From Thecamonas trahens ATCC 50062 (Eukaryota > Protista > Apusomonadida): a stretch of DNA of 64,000 nucleotides. Positions 20,455-33,464 of the stretch are shown here, in pieces. Positions within the stretch are counted from its first letter, which is position 1. Each line of letters opens with the position of its first letter. The position numbers and the translations under genes were made by a program. The stretch lies in the NCBI RefSeq assembly GCF_000142905.1, contig NW_013657646.1:62001-126000 (forward strand). Reading direction: 5' to 3'. The notes under the pieces were generated by a model, which saw nothing but the letters and a program-made list of their open reading frames with translations, was not told where the DNA came from and ran no database searches.

Positions 20455-23400
20455 TCAGCCGGACGGGTGGGGGTGTAGGGTCACTTGGATCGGGCCGCCG
20501 AGAAGGCGCGGAATTCGCTTCGATGGATCAAGCTGCTGGCGTCTGTCGCGCGGAGAGATGACGCAAAAGCAGAGGAGGAGACTGAGCGAGACGAAGAGGC
20601 CTGCGGTGATGGTGATAAAGACGGTGGTGGGCGAGTGTGAGAATGCGATCACACAATAGACAATTACCATGGCGAGCTGGATGACAAACGGGATGATCAG
20701 AGCGACACGGCCAGGCTGGCCATCCAGCACGTCACGGACTCGATACGAGACGTCGTCAAGATGGTCGCACACCGCCATGACAATTTGCGCAAAGAACTGC
20801 ACGATCATGACCGAGAGCGCGATGACCAGAAAGATGAGGCCAGGAAGCGATGATGATTTGCTGCCTGACCAGATGCGGACCGAGAGGTTGCTGTCAAGCG
20901 AAAAGGCGAGGAAGAGGGCAACCCAGAGAACGTTGACGGCTACAAAGGCGCCGACAAAGTTGAGCCTCAGCTTCCGGGTCTCATCCTGCAGCTCACGCTC
21001 GGATCGCGCGCGGTGCGCGCTCAGCAACCGCTGCTCACCGGGGCCGCGCCGTGCGTCAAGCATTGGGTCGTAGAGCGCACCCAGGTAGACCGCGTCGTGC
21101 GCGTCCAGGCGATCTTCGGTATCATCCAGAGGATCGCCAAAGTTGGGCACAACATCGGCGTGGATGGCTCCAGCATTATCCGCATTGCTGATTCCAATGG
21201 TGATCGTCATGTGGTGCGCCCACAGCAAGTCCAAGCCCGCCGAAAGCGCGTAGAGGCCAAGCATCCGCGTGTCGCCGTTGGCGTCACCGGGCTTGACCTT
21301 GCCGAGGTCCACAAGATCCTGCGGTGGGACGGCCGAGACCACCACATCGACGATATACTGCTGCGGCTGTCGGCCGTTGATCAGCTGCGGGAGCAGCAGT
21401 GGCTGGCTCTGGAACGTCTGCTGCCCGGCCTCGCCGGCCCATCGGACCTCGAACGGCTCACTGGTGATGGTTCCATTCACAAAGGTTGTCACAAAGGCGT
21501 GCGATGAGGCTCCGAGCTCGTTCCTATTGCGAAGAGCAATGGTTGCGTGGCTCGGCCGCGCTGGCGTAGCGGGCCAGGAGACAAATTGATGAAGGGCGAG
21601 GTCTTGGAGGGCGAGGTCTTGAAGGGCGGTGAACTCGCTCTGGATCACGGCATTCCTTCCGACGGCGTTGCCACCCTCGAAAGCGAGAAGGGCGAGGCAA
21701 AGTGCAGCAGCTGGTTGCTGCTGCACGAGAATCAGACGCAGCGATTGAGAGGAGCGAGGCTCGTCGCCCACTGCCGCCACCTCTACAATGAGATCGATCC
21801 GCACCACAGAGCTCTGAGCGAAGACATCAGAATCGGTGGCAACAGTGACGAGCCCATTGTCGCACTCAACGCGCGTCCCAAGTGGTGCGTTGCAAGCGGC
21901 CTTGGCCACACTGACCACACTCGGCGCGACCAGCTCCAGCACCACGTCATTGACGTCGAGATCGGGCATGTACTCGACACACCACGCGAGAGTGCTCATC
22001 TCGAACCTGAGCTCGTGACCGGTGCCGTCGGCAAAGCGAGCTGTGGCGGCGCAGAGCTCGACCGGCACGGCCGAAGCCGGAGCCATATCAGGCGGGGCGG
22101 TAAGAAGCAAAGGCTCATCGGTCGCGCAACACAAGAGCGCCCGCCAGACGCGAGCAACAAGACGGAGCAAATTGATGGAGTACTCACGTATCGTTTTGGG
22201 CTTGCTCGCAGAGGCGGTGGAGGTGCTGTCGCGGGTGCCCCAGGAAAAGTCGTCGAGGTTGTTGATGGCGAACATGTTGACAAATAGGAAAGCCATGGGG
22301 ACCATAAACAGGTACAGCAGACCAAAGACCGTAGGCCACGACGAGCGAAAGTGAATGATGCCGACAATGAGAAACATGCCTGCGGTGGTGTAGACAAAGA
22401 TCGAGGTCGGCGAGGTCGGAGCAGTGACCATCTCGAGAATGGAGCCGGCGACGGCGGCGGCCATCAGCGCGCCGCTCAGCGCCGAGAGGTACTTGGCCCA
22501 CGCAATCTGAGTGTCAGACTTGCAGGTCATGCATATCAGAGCGTAGAGAGTAGGGATGGCGATGGAGCTGAGTGCCGCCACGTGAAGCGGAAGGCCAAGT
22601 CCATAGGAGAGGCCGCTGGCGAGGAGGACGACAACGGTGGCCGGCGCAACATACGAGATGTAGAGGACGATGATGACGTAGATGAGAAAGGCAAGCGAGG
22701 TCGAGGTCCGCGATGAATGCCACTTGGAGACAAGCTCGTGGACGTTGACGAGTGTCGATGGGTTCCAGCGCTTGCGCTGCTTGCAGAATTCCTCAAACGA
22801 TTCGGGCGCAAAGGTCTGGGCCACAGCCGACGCGCGGTAGGAGAGCCGCCAGCCGGCTAGGATGAGAAGGGTACAGAGCCACCGATCCTCGCCCATGTCC
22901 ATCATTAGCTTATCGCGTGGCCTGCTGGCGCGCTGCGAGTAGAGCGCAGCGAGCGAGGTGGCCGCGTCCGTCTCGTCAAGCACCGAGTACAGCGCCGAGA
23001 CGCGGTACATCGAGAAGCAGCCTGGGCAGCAGAGAACGGTGCCGAACAGGTTCTCGGCAGCCTTACCGAACCAGTGCGATACGAGGTACTCGAATCGCTG
23101 GAACATGGCCATGATGCCCTCGCCCAACGGCTGGATTCGTCCGCAGACCGCACCAAGATCGGCCTCGTTGACAGCGGCCTCCAGGAGGACAACGACGTCA
23201 TCGGCGCCAAACTTGGTGTCGCCATCGGTGAGGAAGAGAAAAACGTTCGCCAGGTCGATGTGACCGCCGCCAGTGATGATCGAGTCCAGATGAGCGAGCC
23301 GCTTGCGGATGATGTTGAGGTAGAGGACTTGTGACATGCGTTTGCCCTGCTTCACTCGGGTCGGGTCCTTGAAGTGAACAAAGAGCGAGGCCGAGCCGAC

Positions 23401-25244
23401 CTTCCACTGCTGGACCGCGCCGTAGCTGGTCGTTTTGAAGCCAGAGACGGGAACGGCGAGCGGCGAGATGACATCGATGAGCTGGTAGGCGAAAGAAGAG
23501 AATGAGCCCTTGCGGATGCCGTCGTCCAGAACAAGGTGGCTCTCGATGTTGGAGGCAAAGGCGCGGCCTGCGTTTGCATCCCTGTCGTCGAATCGCCGGA
23601 GCGTCGATGAGATCGAGATCAGTAGTTGGGTCATCTCCTCGCGCGTCTCGTGCCAGAGAGTGGAGACGGTGATGACGACCTTGGGGTGCGTGTTGTGGGA
23701 GAAGCCGCGGAACGAGCTCTCAATAGGAGAGTACCCTTCGGTCAAGGTAACATTCGGGGTTACGACAGTTGCCGGCGCTGGAGGGTGCTTGCGCGCGTTG
23801 GAGAGAAGAAAAGCACCGGGGAAGACGCCGGGATAGGTGGGCAAGAACCAGTCGGAACCGGTGGCGCTGGCGGAGAGGTTGCGCGAGAGGAGGCCTGGCG
23901 AGAGCGAAAGGGTGGCGGAGAGACATGATGCCATGCATCCGAGTACGATGGAAATGACGACAGAGGCGCGGGCGCCGTCCGAGACGAGCTCGTCGCCCCA
24001 GCCGCACTCACCAGTCCAGGTGTAGTCGCAGTATGTCGAGTGAGTGACAGCGAAAAGGACAGGCGAGAAAAGAACCAGAGCCGCGGCGGTGGTGAGTTGG
24101 AGGCCGGCGACGGATCCGGCCCAGAATCCAAAGTTGACGATGGCGATGGCGACGGCCTCGAAGACAATGTTGATCCAGAAACGGTTGGAGCTGATGGAGA
24201 AGAAGGCGCGGAACATGTCAGCCGAGTGAAAGCCGTACAGGTAGTGGCCTACGAGCCAGGCCATGAGGAGGAAGAAGATGACCTGCAGCAGCGAGAGGAT
24301 GCCGACGACAACCCGGCGGCGCTCGGAGAGGAGGGGCTCGAGGCGGCTGTGACCAGCGCCGAGTTGACGAGCGTGTCGGCAGACATGAGGACGATACCAA
24401 AGACGAGCGCAGCAGACGAGGCGTGGACATGCTTGGCCGATGCGAGAATAGCACCAATGGTGTAAGTGGTAAAGGCGAGAAAGCTGAGGACAAGGGTGGT
24501 CCTGAGGCGCATGTCGATCGGTACCGCGCCGGCGTGTCCGCGAGCGCGAACAAAGACGACGGCGATAAGGGCGACAAAGGTTACCAGCGAGCCGGCCAGA
24601 TGCGGGGCCGAGAGCGTAAGCGCATACGCCGCCCACGGGTTCTCCATGCTCGGAAGGACAATCAAGCACATGAGGGCGAGGCCAATCGGCTGGCCAATGG
24701 TGAAGAAGAGGAAGAAGAGGGTCATGACGATGCGGTTCGGCTCGGCAGCTGACGTGGGCGTGGCGGCAGGCGAAGCCGCGGCGACAGGCGCCGACGCGCC
24801 AGCACCAGCGACCCGGTCTTCGTTTGACGGAGGATTCTCTGGCCTCTGAGGCGCAAAGAGCGTGGCATGAGCCACGACGCTTGGCTTGTGGTTGTGGCCG
24901 TGGGAGAAGTCGTAGCGGCTGGCGCTCCATGCATCGCCGAACGATCCGGTTTTTGGGGCGGTGCCGGTCGCGACGTTGGGGATGGCGATGACGGGCGAGA
25001 GACCGCTTTTGGCCCACCAGATGCGAGCCGAGATGGTAGCAGCAACAGAAAGAACGACGTTGGGAATGGCAGGGAGAACGAGCATGAGCGTGAGAGCGGC
25101 ATACGCATTGACGTCATGCTCTGCCGCAACGCGGACCGTGGTCGCGACGTACAGCAGCTGCGTGAGCGCGAGCGCCTCGCATGCGGCAACAGTCAAGCCC
25201 TGAACACTGGCAAAGCTCCAGACATAAGTTGTCGAGAGCCACAT
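20455..25244 (-). CDS. Chitin synthase (GT2), animal-like architecture. Frame break or small intron near 24345-24390.
   Basis: Motifs TLWHET, KQGKRMSQ, DGD, CGRIQP, QRFEY, CCPGCFSMYR, GEDRWL, QRKRW, SWGTR. The N-terminal TM bundle lies in ORF 24249..25244. Confidence 0.92.
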
Positions 25245-25830
25245 GTGGTAGATCAGCTGGTGCTGAACTTGTGGCGTGGAGGACGCTGTGCAGGAGTGAG
25301 GAAATGGTGTTGCTTTTTGTCAACGCATCCGAGTGCGACACTTTTTGACAAGTGAGCCGTCCAACCGGAAAGTGTGTCATCCGCGACCCGCCGCGACACA
25401 CGTGTTCTGCCTGCGAGAGATGAAATGAGTTGACAAGGACGTGAGTGGAAACACATAGGTTGTGGTGTGCTTGTGTGAGGCACGAGCGGGCAGGTAGAGT
25501 TTGAAGGCATCATTATTTCTTGCTGCTGCTTGCAGCGGATCCTGTCAACGCAAGCTTCTGAAGCCAATACAACGCAAACACAACCACATAGGCTGCAACA
25601 GAGACCCTCAGACAAAGAACATGCTATATTTCTACCATGTAGTGGTATGCTACCCACGTCAACCCTCTTCTTCGAACATACGGCTGATGCGTGGTGAAGA
25701 ACAACAAGCCGAAAAACGGCAAGCGCAGAAAAAAACCCCTCCCGCCTCCCTCCCCCCCCCCCTCCTCCCTCACCATTCCCTCCTCCCCTACTTGGACAGG
25801 ACGAAACACACTCGTCGACGTGTTGAAGCC

Positions 25831-26484
25831 ATGGACTCGTCCGAGCTACAGCAGTTGCCACGTGTGACAGATGAACAGTATTCCAACATGCGGCAGGTAT
25901 GTATCAGTGTAGCATTATGTGTGTGTGTGTATGTGAAGGGTGGGTTCGGGTGAGGTACCACTGGCGTGTGTGTGCTGTGTGTGTGTGTGTGTGTGTGCTG
26001 TGTGTGTGTGTGTGTGTGTGCTAGAGGGTGTGTGGGCGGGGGTATGTGGGTAGATTCAGAATTTGGTCCTCCTCCTCCTCCCCCTCCCCCTCCCCCTCCC
26101 TCCCTCCCTCCCTCCCTCCCTTGCCCTTGTACGGACGGCCCTACCTATATATGCATGTAGGAAATGGGTATGGTTCAAGGATTAAGTCATGGAGTGGTGG
26201 CTGCTGGTGGTGAGGAAGGTGTGGTGGTGGGTCTGCGGGGGGGCGGGCGGAGCGGAGGGAGTGGTCGTCAAGATCAACCTGGTGGGGATAGCGGGGGCGT
26301 GAGGGCGGGAGGGTGGGAGGGCGGGAGGGGGGGGCGGGGAGGGGGAGGGAGGGGGGATGGGGATAGCGAGGAGGGATAGCACAGGGAGGGGCGATGGGGT
26401 ATGTTGTGGGACGGTTGCTCACTATGTTCTGGTTGGTTTTGTGTGGGTTGTGGGCTGGTGGCTGTGTCTGTGGTCTGGTGGGTG

Positions 26485-26519
<35 letters not shown>

Positions 26520-29500
26520 GTGTGTACTACGGGTATATGCTCGGATATCATGCTCTCTCTCTATGTCTGTCTCTTTGGATGGAGTGTAGATGCTGCAACA
26601 CATGGAGCTGTATGGCATTCCCAAAGAAGACTCGCGGCGGCAGACGCTAGAGGCGCTTCTGGCGCAGCAAAAGTCGCTGCGTGCGAGCAAGGTCGAAGTG
26701 TGGCAGCCGACTGCGGCGGCGCGGCTGCAGCAGCAGGCTGTGGCGTATCGGCATCTTGTTCGCGGAGCATCTGTGCCGCGCGAGGTGCTGATGGAGCTAC
26801 GGGCGCACGCGGAAGAGGCCGAGGCCGACGGGATGGGAGGCTTGCTGCCCGGGTCGTGGCCCAAATTCCGCGAGCCGGACGCCAACAAGCGCGAGTCGAT
26901 GCTCCGCAAGCGGCTGCGTGGGCGGCTGGACGAGCTGCAGAGCTTCCCGCTGGAGGCGTCGCTGGACGAGACGACGGTGCGCAAGCTGCAGGTTGAGACT
27001 GCGCAGCTTATGGCGTTCCACGTTCAGCAGAACACGCGGCAGACGCTTGCGCGGCAGCAGCAGCGGGCAGCGCGGATTGCGTCTGCACGGGCGCACCGTT
27101 ACGAGCTTGCGCGGCCGACGCTCATTGAGGCTGTGCCGGGCTCGACGGCCATTTCGGAGCGGACGCTCAGCTCTGCGCTCGACATGATTGCGGAGCAGAA
27201 GCAGAAGGCGCTGCTGGAAGCTGTGGCCGAGCGGCGGAAGGAGATGGTGGAGGCGGGCAAGCTGCGGACGACGGCGCGGCGGCTGCTGTGCGCGGCGGTG
27301 CTCGAGTACCACCAGGCCAAGAAGAAGGCGGCCGAGCTGGAGCAGGAGCGGGCCGAGCGGGAGCGGATCCGGCTGCTGAAGGAGAACAATGAAGAGGCGT
27401 ACCGCCAGCTGGTGGAGGAGACCAAGAACGAGCGGCTCAAGTCGCTGCTTGACCAGACCGACGACTACCTCGCGCAGATTGGGCAGGTGCTCTCACGCGA
27501 GAAGCGGCGTGTGGAGGCCGAGGCGGCGGCGGCAGCGGCGGCCGGCGAGCTTGCGCTCGGGACGGCACCACTCCCAGAGACCTCGGAAGGCGCTGTGGCG
27601 GCGACGGATGAGGAGGCAGCTGCGGCTGCGGAAGACCTGACGACGGCGCGGGCGGGGATCAACTACTACGAGAACATCCACTCGGTGAAGGAGGTTGTGA
27701 CGCGGCAGAGTCCGTCGCTTGTGGGCGGGACGCTCAAGGGCTACCAGATTGCCGGACTCGAGTGGCTGGTCTCGCTGTACAACAACGGGCTCAACGGGAT
27801 TCTTGCCGACGAGATGGGACTGGGCAAGACGATCCAGACGCTCGCGTTGGTGACGTACCTGATGGATGTCAAGAAGCTGCCCGGCCCGTTCCTCATTGTG
27901 GTCCCGCTCTCGACGGTCTCCAACTGGGTTAACGAGATGAACAAGTGGTGTCCCTCGCTCAAGTTTGTGGCGTACAAAGGCCGGAAGCAGACGCGGCGGG
28001 CGGCGTACAACAAGATGGTGGCTGAGGGCTTCCACGTCTGCCTCACGACGTACACGTTTGTGGTCAAGGATGCGTCGAGCCTGGCCAAGTTTGGGTGGAA
28101 GTACATCATCATCGACGAGGGCCACCGAGTCAAGTCGAAGAAGGCCAAGCTGACGATGACGCTGACGGAGGACTACCGGACGGAGCGGCGGCTCATTCTG
28201 ACGGGCACGCCGCTGCAGAATAACTTGCAGGAGCTCTGGTCGCTCCTCAACTTTCTGCTCCCGCACGTGTTTGGCTCGTCGGGCACGTTTGAGCAGTGGT
28301 TCAACGCGCCGTTTGAAAAGACCGGCGAGTCGCTCGAGCTCAACGAAGAGGAGACGCTGCTCATCATCAACCGCCTGCACAAGGTGCTGCGGCCGTTCCT
28401 GCTTCGGCGGCTGAAGAAGGAGGTGGCGAAGCAGCTGCCGGACAAGGTGGAGACGGTGCTCAAGTGCGACATGTCGTCGGTGCAAAAGGCGCTGTACAAG
28501 CGGCTCTCGAACCGCGAGGTGGTCAATGCCGGCGGGCCCAAGGCGCTCAACAACGTGCTGATGGAGCTGCGCAAGGTGTGCAACCACCCGTACCTGTTCC
28601 CGGACGCGGACCCCAAAGTGACGGACCTCAACATTGTGCGGTCGTGCGGCAAGTTTGCGCTGCTGGACAACCTGCTCCGCAAGCTGCGGGTGCTCGGCAA
28701 CCGAGTCCTGCTCTTCTCGCAGATGACGGCGCTGCTGACGGTGCTGGAGGACTTTCTCATTTTCCGCGGCTACACCTACATCCGACTCGACGGCTCGACG
28801 CGCAACGTCGACCGCGGCGAGCTGCTGCGCAAGTTCAACGCGCCGGACTCGCCGTACTTTGTTTTTCTCCTCTCGACCCGCGCCGGCGGGCTCGGGCTCA
28901 ACCTCCAGTCGGCCGACACGGTCATTCTCTTTGACTCTGACTGGAACCCGCACGCCGATCTGCAGGCGCAGGACCGTGCGCATCGAATCGGGCAGAAGAC
29001 GCAGGTCCGGATCTTCCGGCTCATCACGCAGAACAGTGTGGAGGAGCACATTCTGGCTCGGGCGCTCGAAAAGCTCGAGATGGACGCCATGGTCATCGGC
29101 GCCGGCAAGTTTAACCAAAAGTCGTCGGCCGAGGAGCGGCGCGAGATGCTCAAGCAGATCATCTCGCAGGACATCTCCGAGCGTGCGCCGGACGACCTGC
29201 CGTCGGCGTCGGAGCTCAACGAGCTCATTGCGCGGACGCCTGTTCAGTACGAGCTCTTTGAGCGGATGGACAAGGAGGCGGAACTGGCGCGTCTGGCGGC
29301 GGCGCGGCGCGACCGCAACGCGCTGGAGGGCAAGCCGCCGCTCATGACCAAGACCGAGCTCCCCGAGTGGCTGACCGAGCAGACGCTGCATGCCGAACGC
29401 GAGGCGACGCGGCGGGTCATGGCCCAGGAAATGGGCAAGGGCAAGCGGTCGCGCGGTGCCGACGTCATCTACAACGACGGCATCACCGACGACCAGTTTG

Positions 29501-29733
29501 CCGAGATGCTCGACTCGGGCATGACCGAGGAGGAGATCCAGGACTACATCCTCAGCAAACGGTCAAAGCGGAAGCGGAAGCGGACGACCCGTGGCCGGCA
29601 CGCCGCCGAGGCCGGCTCGGATGACGACGAGTCGGGCGGAGCAGGCTCCGAGTTTGACCCCGAGTCGTCGTCTGGTGGCGACGGCCGCCGCCGGCCGCGG
29701 CGGTCGACGGCCACCGGCCGGCGGAAGAGCGCT

Positions 29734-29777
<44 letters not shown>

Positions 29778-30309
29778 ACGCGGACGTGGACGTGGGCGCG
29801 GGCGCGGGCGGAGTAGCTCGTCGCGGGCAAGCTCGGCGTCGCGGCCGTCGAAGCGGCAGAAGACCTTGGGCAGGAAGAAGCGTGGCGGCGAGTCTGACGA
29901 TGACGACGGTGGTGAGTCTTCGGGTGCAGGGCCGATTGCGCAGTGGCGGGCCAAGGCGCAGGCGATGATCGAGGAGCTTCGCCAGGTGACGGTCGAGGAG
30001 GGCGAGGGTGACGAGGCGTTCTCCCGGACACTCTCGGACCCGTTCGAGGTCCTCCCGTCCAAGGCCCTCTACGCCGATTACTACCGGTTCATCAAGCGGC
30101 CGCGCAGTCTCCAGCAGATCATGGCCAAGCTCGAGACGTCGCGATTCAAGACGTGGCGCGCGTTTGTCGCCGACGTCCGGCTCATCTTTACCAATGCCAT
30201 GGCCTACAATCGTGAGGACTCGAACATCTACCAGGATGCCGTCCGGCTCCTCTCAGCCTTTGAAGACATTGTCGAGCGCGACGGCGTGCCTGTCGCAAGC
30301 TCGACGTGA
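25831..30309 (+). CDS. SNF2: SWI/SNF ATPase SNF2/BRM (SMARCA2/4-like). Exons 25831-25896 and 26590-30309.
   Basis: QLQ, HSA, GILADEMGLGKT, DEGH, STRAGGLGLN, QAQDRAHRIGQ, SnAC, RG repeat, bromodomain. Phase-0 GTATGT..TAG intron. Confidence 0.95.
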
Positions 30310-30926
30310 AGAGCACGGGATGGATGGTAAACTTTGCTTTGGTCTTGTGGCGTCGCAGCTGTTTTATTGTTCGATGCTTGCTTACGGGGCGAGGATCGAG
30401 TCCTACGGATAGGGGGGGGGGGAGCGAGTGAGTGAGTGAGTGTGGTGGTGGTGGTGGGGGGGGGTTATGTGGCATCTAGGATAAGCAGATGAGGCTGATG
30501 CTCTAGGCGGAGCGGGGCAGGGTAGACCAAGGTAGGAGAAAAGCCGCGACTGAAGCGACAGCAGTGAGCAGTCCACAGCCAAAGGCAGAGCCAGCAGCAG
30601 CCTGCAGTCCCAAGCACCCAGTCCCAAGACCGAGGCAGTTCCGTCAGCAGCGGCTAGCATCAAACGTCCATCACACCAGCCAAGATCTCGAGCCCAAGCC
30701 ATCATTCAGCCTAACCAAGCCACCATCCTTGCCCAAGCCATGGCGGCAACACACAGTGTGCAACCAAATCCATCCAAAGCCAGCAGCACAGTAATCCACC
30801 ATCGACGACCAAGTCACCACACTTCCCCGAATCCATGGCCACAGCAGCCACCAAGCGACGAGGCAATTGGTGGCGGTGGGGAGGGGGGGGATAGGGGGGG
30901 GGGGGGGGAGGGAGGTGTTCGTGTGC

Positions 30927-31685
30927 NNNNNNNNNNNNNNNNNNNNNNNNNNNNNNNNNNNNNNNNNNNNNNNNNNNNNNNNNNNNNNNNNNNNNNNNNN
31001 NNNNNNNNNNNNNNNNNNNNNNNNNNNNNNNNNNNNNNNNNNNNNNNNNNNNNNNNNNNNNNNNNNNNNNNNNNNNNNNNNNNNNNNNNNNNNNNNNNNN
31101 NNNNNNNNNNNNNNNNNNNNNNNNNNNNNNNNNNNNNNNNNNNNNNNNNNNNNNNNNNNNNNNNNNNNNNNNNNNNNNNNNNNNNNNNNNNNNNNNNNNN
31201 NNNNNNNNNNNNNNNNNNNNNNNNNNNNNNNNNNNNNNNNNNNNNNNNNNNNNNNNNNNNNNNNNNNNNNNNNNNNNNNNNNNNNNNNNNNNNNNNNNNN
31301 NNNNNNNNNNNNNNNNNNNNNNNNNNNNNNNNNNNNNNNNNNNNNNNNNNNNNNNNNNNNNNNNNNNNNNNNNNNNNNNNNNNNNNNNNNNNNNNNNNNN
31401 NNNNNNNNNNNNNNNNNNNNNNNNNNNNNNNNNNNNNNNNNNNNNNNNNNNNNNNNNNNNNNNNNNNNNNNNNNNNNNNNNNNNNNNNNNNNNNNNNNNN
31501 NNNNNNNNNNNNNNNNNNNNNNNNNNNNNNNNNNNNNNNNNNNNNNNNNNNNNNNNNNNNNNNNNNNNNNNNNNNNNNNNNNNNNNNNNNNNNNNNNNNN
31601 NNNNNNNNNNNNNNNNNNNNNNNNNNNNNNNNNNNNNNNNNNNNNNNNNNNNNNNNNNNNNNNNNNNNNNNNNNNNNNNNNNNNN
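30927..31685. other. Assembly gap (N run)
   Basis: Run of Ns flanked by poly-G and poly-C tracts. Confidence 1.
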
Positions 31686-32211
31686 CGTCCACTCCCCCAC
31701 TCGTCCCACTCCCCCGACTCGTCCCACCTCCCCCCCATCGTCCCACTTTCCCCCCCTCCCTCTTCCCCCCCGATCGTCTGCAACATCAAGCATATCTCGA
31801 CCATTCGAGCCCCTGTGCCACAGTACTGAGCGCACGATAGCCATGAGTGACCGAGTCCGGACTCGAGCCCCCATCGAGCGTCGCCCAGTTTGCGACGAGC
31901 GGACGCTGATCACGGAGCAGCTCGAGGTGGGCATACTCGACGCCACGGGTGTGGAGGAAGAGGTTGGACATTAGGCGAGGCAAACATGCCTGGGCACCCG
32001 AAGAAGAAGGCTTTCTCCACCTTGGGTTCTCCACAGACCTCTCCTGTGCGGGTACGTGACGTACCAGGCCCATGACTGTTCCCCCGTCTGCCTGGCGCCA
32101 AACAGACTCACCTTGGAACACGTTGCGTTTATCGATGACTTTATCAATGGCGGCGATCGGGGGGGGGGGGGGGGACCATCTCTGGCGATCATTGCTGGCG
32201 AACACTACTGA

Positions 32212-32575
32212 ACCATGTACGGCAACGATCAACGGCAACCATGTACGGCAACCATGTACGGCGACCATGTACGGCAACCATGTACGGCAACCATGTACGG
32301 CGACCATGTACGGCAACCATGTACGGCGACCATGTACGGCAACGATCAACGGCAACCATGTACGGCGACCATGTACGGCGACCATGTACGGCAACCATGT
32401 ACGGCAACGATCAACGGCAACCATGTACGGCGACCATGTACGGCGACCATGTACGGCGACCATGTACGGCAACCATGTACGGCGACCATGTACGGCAACG
32501 ATCAACGGCAACCATGTACGACAACCATGTGCGGCAACGATCAACGGCAACCATGTACGGCAACCGCCGACGGCA
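32212..32575. repeat. 13-bp minisatellite, 28 units (ACCATGTACGGCA/G and ACGATCAACGGCA variants)
   Basis: Exact 13-bp phase over 364 bp. Confidence 0.97.
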
Positions 32576-32679
32576 ACATTCTGCTGATCACATCGGACGT
32601 ACTCATTATTCCGCCACCGACCACAACTGCTCAGAACACAACCTTGACAGACTCATCGCTCGCACGCGGGCCGCGACGG

Positions 32680-33447
32680 ATGGCTGCCCCGCTTCCGGCT
32701 CCGGTCACTCACTCAGCGCCGTTGTCGTTCTCGGGCACTTCGTCGTACGCGGCGTCATACGCTCCACGCCGTGGCTTGGATGTGCATCGTCTGCCGCCGC
32801 CACACGCCCAACGACGCTCGCGCCCGCGTCCGTCGCTCGCCCTCATGCGGCTGCACGCCGGCGCAGGCCGAAGCCTCAATGAGATTGAGGCTGCTGCCCT
32901 CGCTGACGCTGATGAAGAGAGAAGGCTCCGCCGCGCCGCCGAAGAGCGCGCCCGTGCCGCACATCATCCGGCGGCAGCATGGGCCCACGCGCCTGTCCCA
33001 CGCCCGCGGGTCGTCCACTCGACGCTCGCCGACACCCACGCCCGGCTCTTCCCGCCGGCTAGGCCGTCGCTCCCGCGTCGCGCGCTCTCCCGCGCCTCGG
33101 CCTCCTATCCGCATCCGCGTCCGTACCCGTCTCCGAGCCAGCAGCTCCGTGCTGCATCGTCACTTGGTCTCCGCCATGAGCTCCCACCGCCTCCGCCGGC
33201 ACCCCGCCATCGTGTTTCCATCCCGGAGAAGCGGCAGGCGACGCTTGACGACGTGCCCGAGTGGGAGCGAGCCCGACCGGTTTTCTCCTCCAAGCGGCGG
33301 TATGCGCCGCTCCAAGGCTTTGACGGCGATCCGCGGTACTACGACATGTATCTCCCTGCGTCGTCGGCCAACGACGCCCCGCGCGCTGCCGCTGGCGGCC
33401 TCGGAATCGCCAGCTCGGTCTCATACGACATTCTCGCCCCGCGATAG
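32680..33447 (+). CDS. Hypothetical Pro/Arg/Ala-rich protein
   Basis: 255-aa ORF from the first ATG after the repeat. The N-terminal part of the track ORF is translated repeat. Confidence 0.6.
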   Translation: MAAPLPAPVTHSAPLSFSGTSSYAASYAPRRGLDVHRLPPPHAQRRSRPRPSLALMRLHAGAGRSLNEIEAAALADADEERRLRRAAEERARAAHHPAAAWAHAPVPRPRVVHSTLADTHARLFPPARPSLPRRALSRASASYPHPRPYPSPSQQLRAASSLGLRHELPPPPPAPRHRVSIPEKRQATLDDVPEWERARPVFSSKRRYAPLQGFDGDPRYYDMYLPASSANDAPRAAAGGLGIASSVSYDILAPR

Positions 33448-33464
33448 CGGCGATGTGGCTGCAT

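Noticed and set aside
25897-26589. (GT)n, (ATGGGT)n and G/C tracts as telomeric or mobile DNA
   Set aside because: Simple intronic microsatellites, similar to those in other introns; no terminal repeats or transposase.
27493-29391. 632-aa antisense ORF and many similar shadow ORFs
   Set aside because: Expected from high GC3 codon bias opposite real genes; no motifs.
30671-31946. Long X-containing ORFs (also 42030-43050)
   Set aside because: Artefacts of N gaps.
31786-32882. ORFs with CTATMYG or MVAVHG repeats
   Set aside because: These are translations of the 13-bp array; the period is not a multiple of 3 and the same peptides appear in all frames.
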